64,000 nt of DNA from an uncultured Acidobacteriota bacterium (GTDB lineage: Bacteria; Acidobacteriota; UBA6911): assembly GCA_963843575.1 (NCBI GenBank), contig CAWJKZ010000013.1, positions 64,001 through 128,000 of the forward strand, read 5' to 3'. The notes below the pieces were generated by a model, which was not told the origin of the DNA, made no database searches, and was given only the letters and a program-made list of their open reading frames with translations. Below are positions 49,684 to 60,352 of the stretch, in pieces. Made by a program: the position numbers and the translations under genes. The first letter of the stretch is position 1; every line of letters begins with the position of its first letter.

Positions 49684-50939
49684 TTACTCGGTGCGGAGGG
49701 CTTCGACGGGGTCCAGGCGCGAGGCTTTTACGGCGGGCCAGGTGCCCGACAGGAGGCCGATGACCAGGAAGGTGGCGAAGGAGGTGAGAAACACGCGCGT
49801 ATCCACCAGCAGGTGAATGTCCCCCTGGCGGCTCTTGTCCTCGAAGAGTTCGCTGAGGAACGGAATCGCGCCGATCCAGCTCGCCAGCAGGATGGCGAGC
49901 ACGTACCCCAGGATGCCGCCGATGCATCGATAGTGCCAGCGCCTCGCCCAGAAACTGCAGCCGGATGTGCCACCGGCGCGCGCCCAGCGCCTTCATGATC
50001 CCGATCTCGTGCGTCCGCTCCTGCACGCAGAAGAGCATGATGTTCATGATGCCGACGCCCGCCACCGCCAGGGTGAAAAGGCCGATCACGTCGAGCAGGG
50101 CGCTTGTCGCCGTCGTCAGCCCGTTGATGATCCCGAAGACCATGCTGAATTTCTGGAAATGCAGCGCCTTTTCGTCGGCGGGATTGAACTTGTGCAGCTC
50201 CGCGAGCACCTGGCGCACCTGCCGGACCGCAGGTTCCTCCAGTGCGCCCGCCACGGGCTGAAATACCAGCACGCTGTTGTGCGTGATGTCCGAGATCGTG
50301 CCCATCACGTTGACCGGCATGATCGCGCAATTGTCGTCCTGGGTGAAATAGTTCGAGATCGCGATCTTTTTCTTGAGCACGCCGATCACGGTGAAGCGAA
50401 CGCCGTTGACGTAGACGTCCTGGTCGATCGCGGGCGCCTGGCTGAAGACCTTCTTCTTCAGGTCGTATCCCAGCACGACGACCCGGCGCATGTATGCGAT
50501 GTCCTCGGCGGCTGATGAAACGCCCCTCACCCATGAACATCCCGCGGATCGCGCCGTACTCGTCGTTGACCGCCCGCACTCCCATCGTCGTGAGCCTGTC
50601 TCCCCACCGCAGCTGCATTTCGCGGTACACCTCGGGGCTGACCCGCTTCACCAGCGTGCAGCGCTGCCGGATCATCTCCACGTCTTCGGGTTTGGTCTGC
50701 ACGACGCGGCCGGCGCGGCTTCCCCCCGCCTGCATGGATGTCTGGCCGTTCCAGACCACGACCACGTTGTCGCCGAAGTACCTCAGCCCGAGGAACATCG
50801 ACCGCTGGAAACCGTCACCGTAGGCCATCAGCAGGATGAAGGAGGCGATCCCCCACGTGATGCCCAAAACCGTCATCACCGAGCGCTTCCGGTAAGCGAC
50901 CAGGTTTTCCAGCACGCGTTTGAAGATCTCGAGAATCAT
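49684..50939 (-). CDS. MacB/FtsX-type ABC permease (apparent frameshifts near 50510 and 49925)
   Basis: [30 protein letters not shown] and DPVEALR pieces spread over three frames. Confidence 0.82.
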
Positions 50940-50944
50940 GGCGG

Positions 50945-52190
50945 TCACTCGTATCTGAGCGCTTCGATGGGGTTCACCAGGGAAGCCATGAACGCGGGAT
51001 AGATGCTCGACAGCACGCCCACCAGCCCAAGGAACCCGAAGGCGACCAACCCGACCTGCGGTGTGACGATCATGCCGGCGAAGAAATCGATTCTGGGGAG
51101 CTGGTTGATCAGGGCGCACAGGCCCCAACCGATGAAGATCCCGGCCAGGCCGGCAAACACGGTCAGGACCATCGACTCGGCGAAGAACTGCATCAGGATG
51201 CGGCGTGTCGTGGCGCCCACGGCCTTGCAGACGCCGATCTCGTGTGTCCGCTCGCCCACCGACAGCAGCATGATGTTCATCACGCCGACCCCGCCGAGAA
51301 TGAGGGTGACGATCGCGACGACGCCTAGGAAGATCCTGAGCGAGGCGAAGAGCCTGAACATGAACTTGGCCTGAGTGACCGTGTTCCAGATCGGCAGGGC
51401 GTCCTTGTCCAGGTAGTCGAACCCCTTGATCCGCGCCATGATCTGGCGCACCTGGAACTCGGCCGCTTCGCCCATTTCCTCGCCGCGGGCCTGCAGGATC
51501 AGGTTCGAGAGACTGTACTTGCCGTCGGCGGCGTCCGGGATCGGAAAGTCCCGCGCAATCGAATAGAACGGAATGAACACCATCTTGGCGTCCGGGACCG
51601 CTGTAGTTCGAGTTCTGCTCCTTGTGCTCCAACTCCCCGATGACCAGGTACGGGAGCTCCCCGATGACGACCGTCTGGCCCACGGCCGAGGCCTTGTTGA
51701 ACAGCTGCTCCTTGACCTCGTCTCCAAGGATGCAGACCCGCTGGGCGCGGGCGTTGTCACCTTCGGTGATCTGGCGACCGCCGGGAACGACCTCGATGGT
51801 GCGCATCTGCATGTAGTCGGCGAACACCCCGTGCACGCCGAACGTGCCGTTGTTGACGGTCGAGCGGACCGGCAGGTAGCGATCGATCTCGGGACTTGTC
51901 CGCTGCAGGTAGGTGGCCTGCTCCTTCAGCCGGAAATAGTCGTCGAGCGTGAACCTGATGTTCCGGCCGGCGCGCACCCCCTGCACTCCTTTGCTGGTCG
52001 TCCCGCCCCAGACGATCATGATGTTCTGGCCGAGCAGCCGGGATTTCTCCTTCTGCGCGACCCACATCCCCTCGCCCAGCGCCGTCATCAGGATCAGGCA
52101 GATCAGCCCCCAGGCGATCCCGAACATCGTAAGGAAGGAGCGGGTCTTGTTGGCCTTCAGGTTCAACCAGGTCTGCCGCAGGAGATCCAT
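50945..52190 (-). CDS. MacB/FtsX-type ABC permease (apparent frameshift near 51596)
   Basis: RSFLTMFGIAWG, GVMNIMLLSVGERTHEIG and NPIEALRYE motifs. Confidence 0.85.
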
Positions 52191-52208
52191 GCTCGTCGCG
52201 CCTCCACC

Positions 52209-53450
52209 CTACTGCAGGACGACCGGGTCGCCCATGTTGAGACCTGACAGGATCTCGGTGCGCGCGCCGTTGCTCAGGCCGGTCTGCACGGCAACCTGGC
52301 GTCGCCCAGTCTTGTTGGCGACATCGGGCACCTCGACGGAAGTCTTGCGCTTCTCGTCGTAAATAAGCGCGCTCTCTGGGATCACGAGCACATCCTTGTG
52401 TTCCTCGAGGACGATTTCCGCGTTGGCGCTCATGCTCGCCTTGAGCATGTCGAGATCGTTCATGATGGACACCCGCACCTCAAAACGGGTCACGTTGTCT
52501 TTCTCGACACCCATGGGGGCGATGCGAAAGACCTTCCCGGTGAACGTCTTGTTCTTGTAGGCGTCCACGGTCACCCGGACCGGCTGCCCTACCTGAACGA
52601 GGCCGATGTCGCTCTCATCCACCTTCCCCTTCACATACATCTCGCGCACGTCGCCGAGCGTCATGATGAGGGTCGCGTTGGACCCCAGTTGCAGGATCGA
52701 CGACACGGCGTCTCCCACCTCCACCTCACGGCTCAGAACGACGCCGTTGATGGGAGACCGGATCGACGCATACTTCAGGTTTTCCTCGGCCCGCTCGAGC
52801 TGCGCCTGCGCCTGCGTCAGCTCGGCGCGGACGGTGTTCAGGGTGCGGTCGTTCTGCTCGATCTCCGCCTCCTTCACCCGCACGGCCGCCTGCAGGGTCT
52901 TGTGCCCGATCTCGGCGGCTTTCATCCTCTGCTCGACGCTGTCGAATTCGGACTTGGAGGTGAGTCCCTGCGCGAACAGTTCTTTGTGGCGTCTGAACTC
53001 GGCCACCGTGAATTCGTAGTCTTTGCTCTCGGCCTCGAGCTGCGCCTTGGCGAGATTCGCCCGCTGTGTCTTGCCCTGCGACTCGGTTTCCTGCAGCTTG
53101 CTCTCGGCGGCCTTCAGAAACCCACGCGCCTCCTTCAGCTGCGCCTCCAGGGTCTCCTTGTCCAGTTCGACCAACAGCTGGCCTTCGCGGATTGGGTCGC
53201 CTGCGTTGACGTAGAGATACTGGATGATGCCGCTGGCTTTGGACTTGACTTCGACCTTGGAGAACGGCTCGATCTTCCCGGTCGCCACGACCGACTTGGC
53301 GACCGCCCCCCGCTCCACCTTAGCCAGCTTCTCGGCCGGGATCGTCTTGTCCACGTAGAAAAGCGCTCCAAACACCCAATACCCGCCCAGCATAAGGATC
53401 AGGCCGACAACCGCAAGGAAGGAAATCGTAAAAACTCTTTTCTTCGCCAT
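52209..53450 (-). CDS. Efflux periplasmic adaptor (MacA/HlyD-like)
   Basis: N-terminal TM, VKSKASG, coiled coil, IRSPING and VDESDIG motifs. Confidence 0.92.
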   Translation of the reverse strand: MAKKRVFTISFLAVVGLILMLGGYWVFGALFYVDKTIPAEKLAKVERGAVAKSVVATGKIEPFSKVEVKSKASGIIQYLYVNAGDPIREGQLLVELDKETLEAQLKEARGFLKAAESKLQETESQGKTQRANLAKAQLEAESKDYEFTVAEFRRHKELFAQGLTSKSEFDSVEQRMKAAEIGHKTLQAAVRVKEAEIEQNDRTLNTVRAELTQAQAQLERAEENLKYASIRSPINGVVLSREVEVGDAVSSILQLGSNATLIMTLGDVREMYVKGKVDESDIGLVQVGQPVRVTVDAYKNKTFTGKVFRIAPMGVEKDNVTRFEVRVSIMNDLDMLKASMSANAEIVLEEHKDVLVIPESALIYDEKRKTSVEVPDVANKTGRRQVAVQTGLSNGARTEILSGLNMGDPVVLQ

Positions 53451-53678
53451 GACTTACCTCATGAATGCCTTGTGAGGCACCGGTTACAGATGTTAGTACG
53501 AGTTTTGGGGGAAATAAGTTCGGTGCAAGGGTGGGCCCGGTTTAGAATGCAAAGTGAGGTGGACGGGGGCGGCTCGACCCCGCCCCAATCAACCACAACC
53601 GGGAGACACCAGGAACCGCACCGGCTGCGCAAATTCCACAGGGCCGCGGCGGCCCGCCGCGGCCCACTGCAGGATCCC

Positions 53679-54959
53679 ATGGACTCAAGGGAGAGAATCC
53701 GGGCAGCCCTGAATCACCAGGAGCCGGACCGTGTCCCGCTTGACGTGTCGGGCCATCGTTCCTCCGGCATATCCGCGCTCGCCTACGCCCGGTTGCGCGA
53801 TTTCCTTGGCTTGGCGAAACGGTCGATCGACGTCTACGACCCGGTTCAGCAGCTCGCGATCGTGCACGACGACGTCCTGGACATGTTCGGGGTAGACACG
53901 GTCGAACTGGGGCGCGCCTTCGCGCTGGACGACGCGTGCTGGACGGAGTGGATTCTCCCGGACGGGACGCCTTGCCGGGTGCCCGTCTGGGCCCGGCCCG
54001 AGCGTGCCGGGGACCGCTGGGTCATCCGGTCCGGGGCAGGGAACGTCATCGCGCACATGCCCGACGGCGCCCTGTATTTCGAGCAGACCCGGTACCCGTT
54101 CGCCGACGGCGAGCCCGATTTCGACCACCTGGAAGACGCATTCGTCGAATCGATGTGGCACGCGGTCGCCGCGCCGCCGGGGCCGCTCGTCTCGGGCCCC
54201 GGAGGAGCGGAAAGGCTCGCCGAAGGAGCCCGGCGGCTGCGCGCATCAACCCGGCGCGCCATCGTCGGGCTGTTCGGGGGCAACCTGCTCGAAACCGGAC
54301 AGATGTTCTACCGGAACGATGGCTTTCTCATGCTGCTGGCCGGAAGCCCGCTCGAAGCGCACGCATTCCTCGACCGGCTGCTCGAAATCCATCTCGCGGC
54401 CCTCGAACGGTTCCTGGCCGCCGCAGGACCGTACATCGACGTGATCCTGTTCGGCGACGACCTCGGGATGCAGACGGGGCCGCAGATATCCCCGCGCATG
54501 TACCGCGAGTTCTTCAAGCCGCGGCACAAGCTCATGTGGGAGCGCAGCAAGCAGCTGTCGGAGGCGAAAATCATGCTCCACTGCTGCGGGGGAGTGCGGG
54601 AGCTCCTGCCGGATCTCATCGACGCGGGGCTCGACGCCATCAACCCGGTCCAGGTCTCCTGCCGCGGGATGGACGCCGCGGGCCTCAAGGCCGACTTCGG
54701 GGAAGACATGGTCTTCTGGGGAGGCGGGGCCGACACGCGCGACGTCCTGCCACGCGGGACGCCCGAGCAGGTGCGGGAGCACGTCCGAGAGCAGATCAGG
54801 GTGCTCAGCCCCGGAGGCGGATTTGTCTTTCAGCAGGTGCACAACATCCTGGCCAACGTCCCCCCCGCCAACATCATCGCCATGCTCGAGGCCGTAAACG
54901 GCGGGCGGCGCCAAGGCCCCGACCGGGCCGTACAACGTGTGAACGGAGAGGACGCATGA
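53679..54959 (+). CDS. Uroporphyrinogen decarboxylase/MtaA-CmuA family protein
   Basis: EPDRVP, GDDLG.Q, LHCCG, NPVQ and QQVHNI motifs. Confidence 0.88.
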   Translation: MDSRERIRAALNHQEPDRVPLDVSGHRSSGISALAYARLRDFLGLAKRSIDVYDPVQQLAIVHDDVLDMFGVDTVELGRAFALDDACWTEWILPDGTPCRVPVWARPERAGDRWVIRSGAGNVIAHMPDGALYFEQTRYPFADGEPDFDHLEDAFVESMWHAVAAPPGPLVSGPGGAERLAEGARRLRASTRRAIVGLFGGNLLETGQMFYRNDGFLMLLAGSPLEAHAFLDRLLEIHLAALERFLAAAGPYIDVILFGDDLGMQTGPQISPRMYREFFKPRHKLMWERSKQLSEAKIMLHCCGGVRELLPDLIDAGLDAINPVQVSCRGMDAAGLKADFGEDMVFWGGGADTRDVLPRGTPEQVREHVREQIRVLSPGGGFVFQQVHNILANVPPANIIAMLEAVNGGRRQGPDRAVQRVNGEDA

Positions 54960-57900
54960 GGAAGACGATCTGTGTCGCACTTCTGTTTCTGGCCGGCGCG
55001 GCCTTCACCGCGGGGGACGACGCGCAGGGCGTCGGGGGGAGCGCGTTCCACAAGAACGACATCACCTACTCGACGTCGGTCGCTACCCCGCACGTCAAGT
55101 GGGCCCCCAGGGTGCCCGGCGGCCCGATCAGGGGCTTCTTCATCCCCTCCGTCCAGTACGGCCGCGACATGGTCGAGCTCATGCAACGGCTCGACCTCGC
55201 GCCCACGACGGTCAGCATCGACCGCAACTGGGACATCAACTGCTGGGGCATCGGGGACTACTACGGGCACGAAACGCGCGGCGACCGGGACGACTTCCGG
55301 ATCGTCTATGGTTACGTCGAGAAGGACCTCACCGGGCCTGCATCCTTCGACGTCCTCGTCATCCCGGGGCTCAACGGCTGGTCGAGGATGACCCGGGCGT
55401 CGCGCGACGCCATCCTCCGGCGCGTGCGCGACGGCGCGGGCCTCGTCCTGATCCACCCGTTTGTGGGCGACGTGAAGAACCATCCCTTCCTGGGCGACGA
55501 GCGCGAGGGGGACGGGCGGATCTGGGAGATCTCACCTCTCGTCGGCTGCCCGGACGACACGGTCAACGAGCGGGGGTACCCGGACATCAACAAGGCTGCG
55601 CTGGTTCGCGGCAAGTGGGAGGTGGCGCGGCCGCATTTCATCACCGCGGGTCTGCCCATGGACTTGCTTCCGGAAGGGAACGTCGGCGGAGCGTATTACA
55701 GGTACCAGGCCAAGGGGGATGTCCTCATCAAGTCCGGCGACGACCCCATCGTCGCCGTCTCGGCCTATGGCAAGGGGCGTGTGGTGGCTTTCGCTTACAT
55801 GGAGGAGGGGTTCATCCCGTCGGGAGCCGATCCGCTCGGCAGCGTGGAAGAGGAGGGATTCAGCGCGGCCGGCGATCCCTCGGTGTTTGGCATCTATTGG
55901 AATTACTGGGAGTACTACTACAGCCTCGTCGCCAAGGCGGTCGTCTGGGCCGCCGGGCGCGACGGCGGCGTCGGGCTCAAGACGGCTGCGGCCGGGCCGG
56001 ATGAAGCCGCCACCGTCCGGCTTACCCTGTCCTGCGCGTCGCCCCGGCGCGTGGAGCTCGAGGTGGCGGCTCACAGCGAGTTCGGTCCGAAATTCGGCAC
56101 CATCCGCACCGCGAGCGATCTGAGGGCCGGCGACAACGACGTGTCCGTCCCGGCGGCGGCGCTCAGGCCGCGCGGGGGCTGGCCCGGCGGGAAAAACATC
56201 TTCGACATCATCGTCCGCGATCCGGACAAGGGAGAAACCCTGAACTGGGGCGCCGCCACGTTCGACGTGCCGCGCCGCGCCACCCTCACGGTGGCCAGGC
56301 CTGCCACCGACGTCTACCGCGACGGCGATATCCTCAGCGCCGTCGTGCGCGCCACCGGCGACGTGACGGGATTGCGGATGCGCTTCAACGTGCACGACGA
56401 CCTGGAGAGACTGCTGTCGTCCCAGACCGTCCCCGCCCGCCAGGAACGGTACTTCTACTGCAGCCTGGAAAACTTCCTGGGTAAAACGGCATCGATCACC
56501 GCCGAACTCGTCGACGAAAACGACCGCCTGGTCGACCAGCTGCGCACACGGCCGGTTCTCGTGGTGCAAGCCACCCGCAGCCCAAAGGAATACCACCCGC
56601 TGGTTGCGTTCGGGGCCGCGAAACATTTCTTCTCCTCGGTGCGGATGAACCAGATCCGCGCGGCCGCCGCCGACACGGGTTTCACCTGGGGCGGGAACGT
56701 CAACAACGGGCTGAACATCCCGCGCGGCGCGTTCGGCGTCTACTGGTACGACCGCGGCCCGACCACGCCGGAAGAGATGGAGAAGGCGATCGCGGACTAC
56801 AATGCGACGCAGGATTTCGAATCGCTCCAGTACCTCACCAAGAAGGAACTCTATCGCCGGACGGGCGACACGAAGTTCCTCGCGCGCTCCCCGAGCTTTC
56901 ATGACAGGGAGTACATGAAGCGGCTCCGCAGCATCGTCTATGCGGTCACGCGTGGCAAGGCCCGCTACAACATGGACTACTATTTCGTCGGGGACGAGGG
57001 CTCGCTGACCTCCTACGCCGACCCGTACGATTTCGACTGGGGCAAGGATGCCCTCTCGGCCTTCCGCAGCTGGCTCCAGGGAGTCTATGGCAGCGTCGAG
57101 GCCCTCAACCGCGAGTGGAAGTCCTCCTTCAAGGTCTGGGGCGACGTCCTCCCCTTCACGACCGAGCAGGCCGTGAAATCGGGGAATTTCCCGCCCTGGG
57201 CCGACCACCGCACCTTCATGGAAGCGAGCTTCGCGGACGCCTACCGGAAGGTGCGCGAAGCGGTCGTCGCGGGCGACCCCGGCGGTCACATCGCGGTGTC
57301 GGGCACGCAGGTCACGACCGCCTACAACGGCTGCGACTGGTACCGGCTGGATCAGGTGATCGACGATTTCCTCTCCTACGACGGCGGCAACCAGTGGGAC
57401 CTGCACCGGTCCTTCGCCAAGCCGGGCGCCATGATCGGCTTCTGGACCGGGTACGAATCCCGCGGCATCCCGCTGCAGAACGCGATCTGGACGGCCGCCA
57501 TCCACAACGTCCTGCACCCGAACATCTTCTGGATGCTCTCCTACCTGAACCCGGACTTCACGTACTCGCGCTCGGCGCGGGACATGGGCGAGACCTTCAA
57601 GACCCTGCGCTACGGCGGCGTCGGTAAGCTCCTTATGGAGTCGGAGCGGCTGCAGGACGGCATCGCGCTTCACTACTCGATGCCCTCGGTGCACGCCGCC
57701 ACCATCACGCTGAATCACCCCGAGCGGGGCCGGCGCGAGATCCGCCGGGACTTCCCGGCGAACCGCGACGGCTGGGTCCGGACGATCAAGGACCTCGGGC
57801 TGCAGTTCAACTTCGTCTCCTACGACCAGGTGGCGCGCGGCACGCTGGAGACGCAGCGCTACCGGGTGTTCGTCATGCCGATGTCCATGGCCCTCTCGCC

Positions 57901-59008
57901 GGCCGAGGCGCAGCGGGTCCGCGACTTTGCGGCGGCGGGAGGCGTCGTGATCGCCGACGCGGCCGCCGGGGTGATGGACGATCACTGCGCGTGGCAGTCC
58001 GACGGGCTGCTGAATGACTTTTTCGGCATCCGGACAGTGCCTTCGGAAAAGAGGAAGCTGTCGGGCTCCAGCGCTGTCGAAACCAACGCCGACGGCGACG
58101 TCAGCGGAACGCGCCAGTCTCCCGGGGTGTCCGGGGCCGTGAGCGCGACCGCCGACGGCGTCTCCTGGGGGTTGAGCGCCGAAGCACTGGAGGGGCTGGA
58201 GGCGGCCGAGGAGGGCGTCGCCGCGACTACCGGGAAGCCGTTGGCCAGGGTGGGGAAGACCGACGTCGGGATCGTCCGCCAGATCGGAACCGGCTGGGCC
58301 GTCTATCTCAACGTGCTGCTCGACCGCTACCCGGAGCTGCGCTCCAGGAACTACGGCGGGGGGGCCTATCGGAAGCTGGTCGATACGATCTTCGCCCGGA
58401 TGAACCTCAGGCCGTCGATGCCCGTGCTCGGGGCCGGCGGCGCCCCGCTGCAGCAGGTCCAGGCGGTCCGGTACCGCTTCGGCGACAGTCGCGTCCTGGC
58501 GCTCGTCAAGGAGAACGTCGGGGCCGAAGGCATCGCCGGACGCGACGGGGTGACGGTCTACAACGACGCCAATCTCGGCGCGGTAGCCAGGGAAGAGATC
58601 TCGATCCGGTTGCCCGAGAAGCTCTTCGTCCACAACATCACCACGGGCGAGTCCCTGGGGCAGACCGATGTCGTCCGGACGTCCATCACGACGGGCGGGG
58701 CTGTGGTGCTTGGGCTGAGCGTCGCCGCGTGCGCCCTTCAGATCGCCGCCCCTGCGTCCGGGCGTCCGGGCGACGCGCTGCGGTTTACGCTGACGCTGTC
58801 GACTACGGGCAAGCATGTGCTGCGGTGCCACGTCTTCGGCCCGGACGGCTCGTTTCTGCCGGTCTACGCGAAGAACCTCCTCGTGAGCGGCCGCACCGGC
58901 GCGTTCGTCTTCCCGTCGGCCGTCAACGACGCGCTGGGGAAGTACCGGGTGGTCGCGACCGACGTGGTGACGGGCGCTTCCGCCGAAGCCTCGGTCGTAT
59001 TGAACTAG
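54956..59008 (+). CDS. Large secreted GH42/beta-galactosidase-like protein
   Basis: Signal peptide, GDEGS and FRSWLQ..YG....LN..W catalytic-type region, trimerisation-like domain. ATGA-coupled to the upstream gene. Confidence 0.7.
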   Translation: MRKTICVALLFLAGAAFTAGDDAQGVGGSAFHKNDITYSTSVATPHVKWAPRVPGGPIRGFFIPSVQYGRDMVELMQRLDLAPTTVSIDRNWDINCWGIGDYYGHETRGDRDDFRIVYGYVEKDLTGPASFDVLVIPGLNGWSRMTRASRDAILRRVRDGAGLVLIHPFVGDVKNHPFLGDEREGDGRIWEISPLVGCPDDTVNERGYPDINKAALVRGKWEVARPHFITAGLPMDLLPEGNVGGAYYRYQAKGDVLIKSGDDPIVAVSAYGKGRVVAFAYMEEGFIPSGADPLGSVEEEGFSAAGDPSVFGIYWNYWEYYYSLVAKAVVWAAGRDGGVGLKTAAAGPDEAATVRLTLSCASPRRVELEVAAHSEFGPKFGTIRTASDLRAGDNDVSVPAAALRPRGGWPGGKNIFDIIVRDPDKGETLNWGAATFDVPRRATLTVARPATDVYRDGDILSAVVRATGDVTGLRMRFNVHDDLERLLSSQTVPARQERYFYCSLENFLGKTASITAELVDENDRLVDQLRTRPVLVVQATRSPKEYHPLVAFGAAKHFFSSVRMNQIRAAAADTGFTWGGNVNNGLNIPRGAFGVYWYDRGPTTPEEMEKAIADYNATQDFESLQYLTKKELYRRTGDTKFLARSPSFHDREYMKRLRSIVYAVTRGKARYNMDYYFVGDEGSLTSYADPYDFDWGKDALSAFRSWLQGVYGSVEALNREWKSSFKVWGDVLPFTTEQAVKSGNFPPWADHRTFMEASFADAYRKVREAVVAGDPGGHIAVSGTQVTTAYNGCDWYRLDQVIDDFLSYDGGNQWDLHRSFAKPGAMIGFWTGYESRGIPLQNAIWTAAIHNVLHPNIFWMLSYLNPDFTYSRSARDMGETFKTLRYGGVGKLLMESERLQDGIALHYSMPSVHAATITLNHPERGRREIRRDFPANRDGWVRTIKDLGLQFNFVSYDQVARGTLETQRYRVFVMPMSMALSPAEAQRVRDFAAAGGVVIADAAAGVMDDHCAWQSDGLLNDFFGIRTVPSEKRKLSGSSAVETNADGDVSGTRQSPGVSGAVSATADGVSWGLSAEALEGLEAAEEGVAATTGKPLARVGKTDVGIVRQIGTGWAVYLNVLLDRYPELRSRNYGGGAYRKLVDTIFARMNLRPSMPVLGAGGAPLQQVQAVRYRFGDSRVLALVKENVGAEGIAGRDGVTVYNDANLGAVAREEISIRLPEKLFVHNITTGESLGQTDVVRTSITTGGAVVLGLSVAACALQIAAPASGRPGDALRFTLTLSTTGKHVLRCHVFGPDGSFLPVYAKNLLVSGRTGAFVFPSAVNDALGKYRVVATDVVTGASAEASVVLN

Positions 59009-59052
59009 GCGCGCGGTCCGACGCAGTCTCGCCCGACCTGGCGGCGCCAGGG

Positions 59053-60024
59053 ATGGCGCCCGCGGGAGGACCAGGTCGCAGCGCACCCCGGTCGGAGGAG
59101 GGAACGGTCCAGAGGGCGCACGGGGCCATCAATCCCGACAAGACGATCGCGGACGACAGGGTCGTCGCCGATTCCGTCGCCGCCATGGCGATCGCCCTCG
59201 ACAAGCTCGCGGGGGAGGCGAAGGGGCAGGCGGCGTTCAGGCTGACCTTCGACAATCCCCTCGATCCCGCCGTCTGGGCCGAGGCCTACTCCCCGACGAT
59301 CACCTACCCCTCCAACGGCGTCAGCGGCGGGAAGGTGTACAGCTCGGCGGCGAAGTGCGACACCTACATGGTTGCCGCCGCGACCATCCCCTACGATTCC
59401 AGCAAGCTTCACCGCCTGCGCATCCGGGTGCGAAGGACGGCCACGGCCGACGCCGCCCAGCAGACCGTCGCGATCGGGCTGCGCTGCTACGACAAGAGCC
59501 GGACGCTCACGGGGCTCGTCACGCCGCTGAGCGCGAACGCCGCCCTCTGGACCCTGAATCAATGGTACGTCTTCACCTACTGGTTCAAGGGCCTGGGCGC
59601 GGCGGTGCCGACCGTGAACGCCGCGTCCCCCGGCAACCTCCCGGCGAATTCGGCCTATTACGGCTTCGAGTTCTTCCTCAACTACAACACCACCAACACC
59701 GGCAACGTCATGGAGATCGACGAGATCTCCGTGGACGTGTTCGACGAGGACGGGGCGAACCGGATCTACCTGGCCGCGGCCTCCACCGGGCCCGTCGGGA
59801 AAGGTCAGCTGTACCCCGAAGGGACGACCCTCGAAGTCAAACTGATGCTCCCGGCCGAACTCCCGGTCATCAAGATCGCGGCCAAGGTCGCGCACTCGCA
59901 ACCTGTTCCGGGCACCGCCCCCGAAAAGCCCGCGTACCACACGGGCACCTACTTTCCTCTCGATCACCGCTCGTGCATCATCCGGTACGTCTTCGGGGTT
60001 CATCAGAGGGTGACCAGTTCCTGA
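59053..60024 (+). CDS. Chimeric ORF: phage tail-like segment plus PilZ-like C-terminus (possibly a remnant)
   Basis: TIADDRVVADSV and IPYDSSKLHRLRIRVR resemble tail-protein segments. LEVKLMLP...AKV...TG.YF...IIRYVF resembles PilZ. Start uncertain. Confidence 0.4.
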   Translation: MAPAGGPGRSAPRSEEGTVQRAHGAINPDKTIADDRVVADSVAAMAIALDKLAGEAKGQAAFRLTFDNPLDPAVWAEAYSPTITYPSNGVSGGKVYSSAAKCDTYMVAAATIPYDSSKLHRLRIRVRRTATADAAQQTVAIGLRCYDKSRTLTGLVTPLSANAALWTLNQWYVFTYWFKGLGAAVPTVNAASPGNLPANSAYYGFEFFLNYNTTNTGNVMEIDEISVDVFDEDGANRIYLAAASTGPVGKGQLYPEGTTLEVKLMLPAELPVIKIAAKVAHSQPVPGTAPEKPAYHTGTYFPLDHRSCIIRYVFGVHQRVTSS

Positions 60025-60145
60025 CCCTCCGACTCAGGGAAAATCATAGAATTTCACGGGCTGCCGGAAGTATCTTTAATGGCTCACAAACTGCGTCCGG
60101 AGGCCTGGCTGCGTGCCGGAGTCCCCGGGCTGGGGGCTCTGGCAT

Positions 60146-60352
60146 ATGAATATCGGTAACTACGTGGTGTCGATCGTCCTATCGCTGGTCATCGGGTTGG
60201 CGGGATTCGTGGTTGCCTACAAGCTCTTCGACTGGATGACTCCCGGGATCGATTTTTCCGCGCAGCTGAATTCCGACAACCGGTCCGTCGCCATCTTCCT
60301 GGCCGGCCTGTTCATCGGGATGGGGCTGCTGCTGGGCAACGCCATAAAGTGA
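60146..60352 (+). CDS. DUF350-like small membrane protein
   Basis: Two TM helices with FDWMTPGIDF...NRSVAI. Confidence 0.75.
   Translation: MNIGNYVVSIVLSLVIGLAGFVVAYKLFDWMTPGIDFSAQLNSDNRSVAIFLAGLFIGMGLLLGNAIK

Noticed and set aside
55532-59086. 1184-aa antisense ORF and other long shadow ORFs (e.g. 8935-10944, 45583-47391)
   Set aside because: They mirror real genes in high-GC DNA and have no recognisable motifs.
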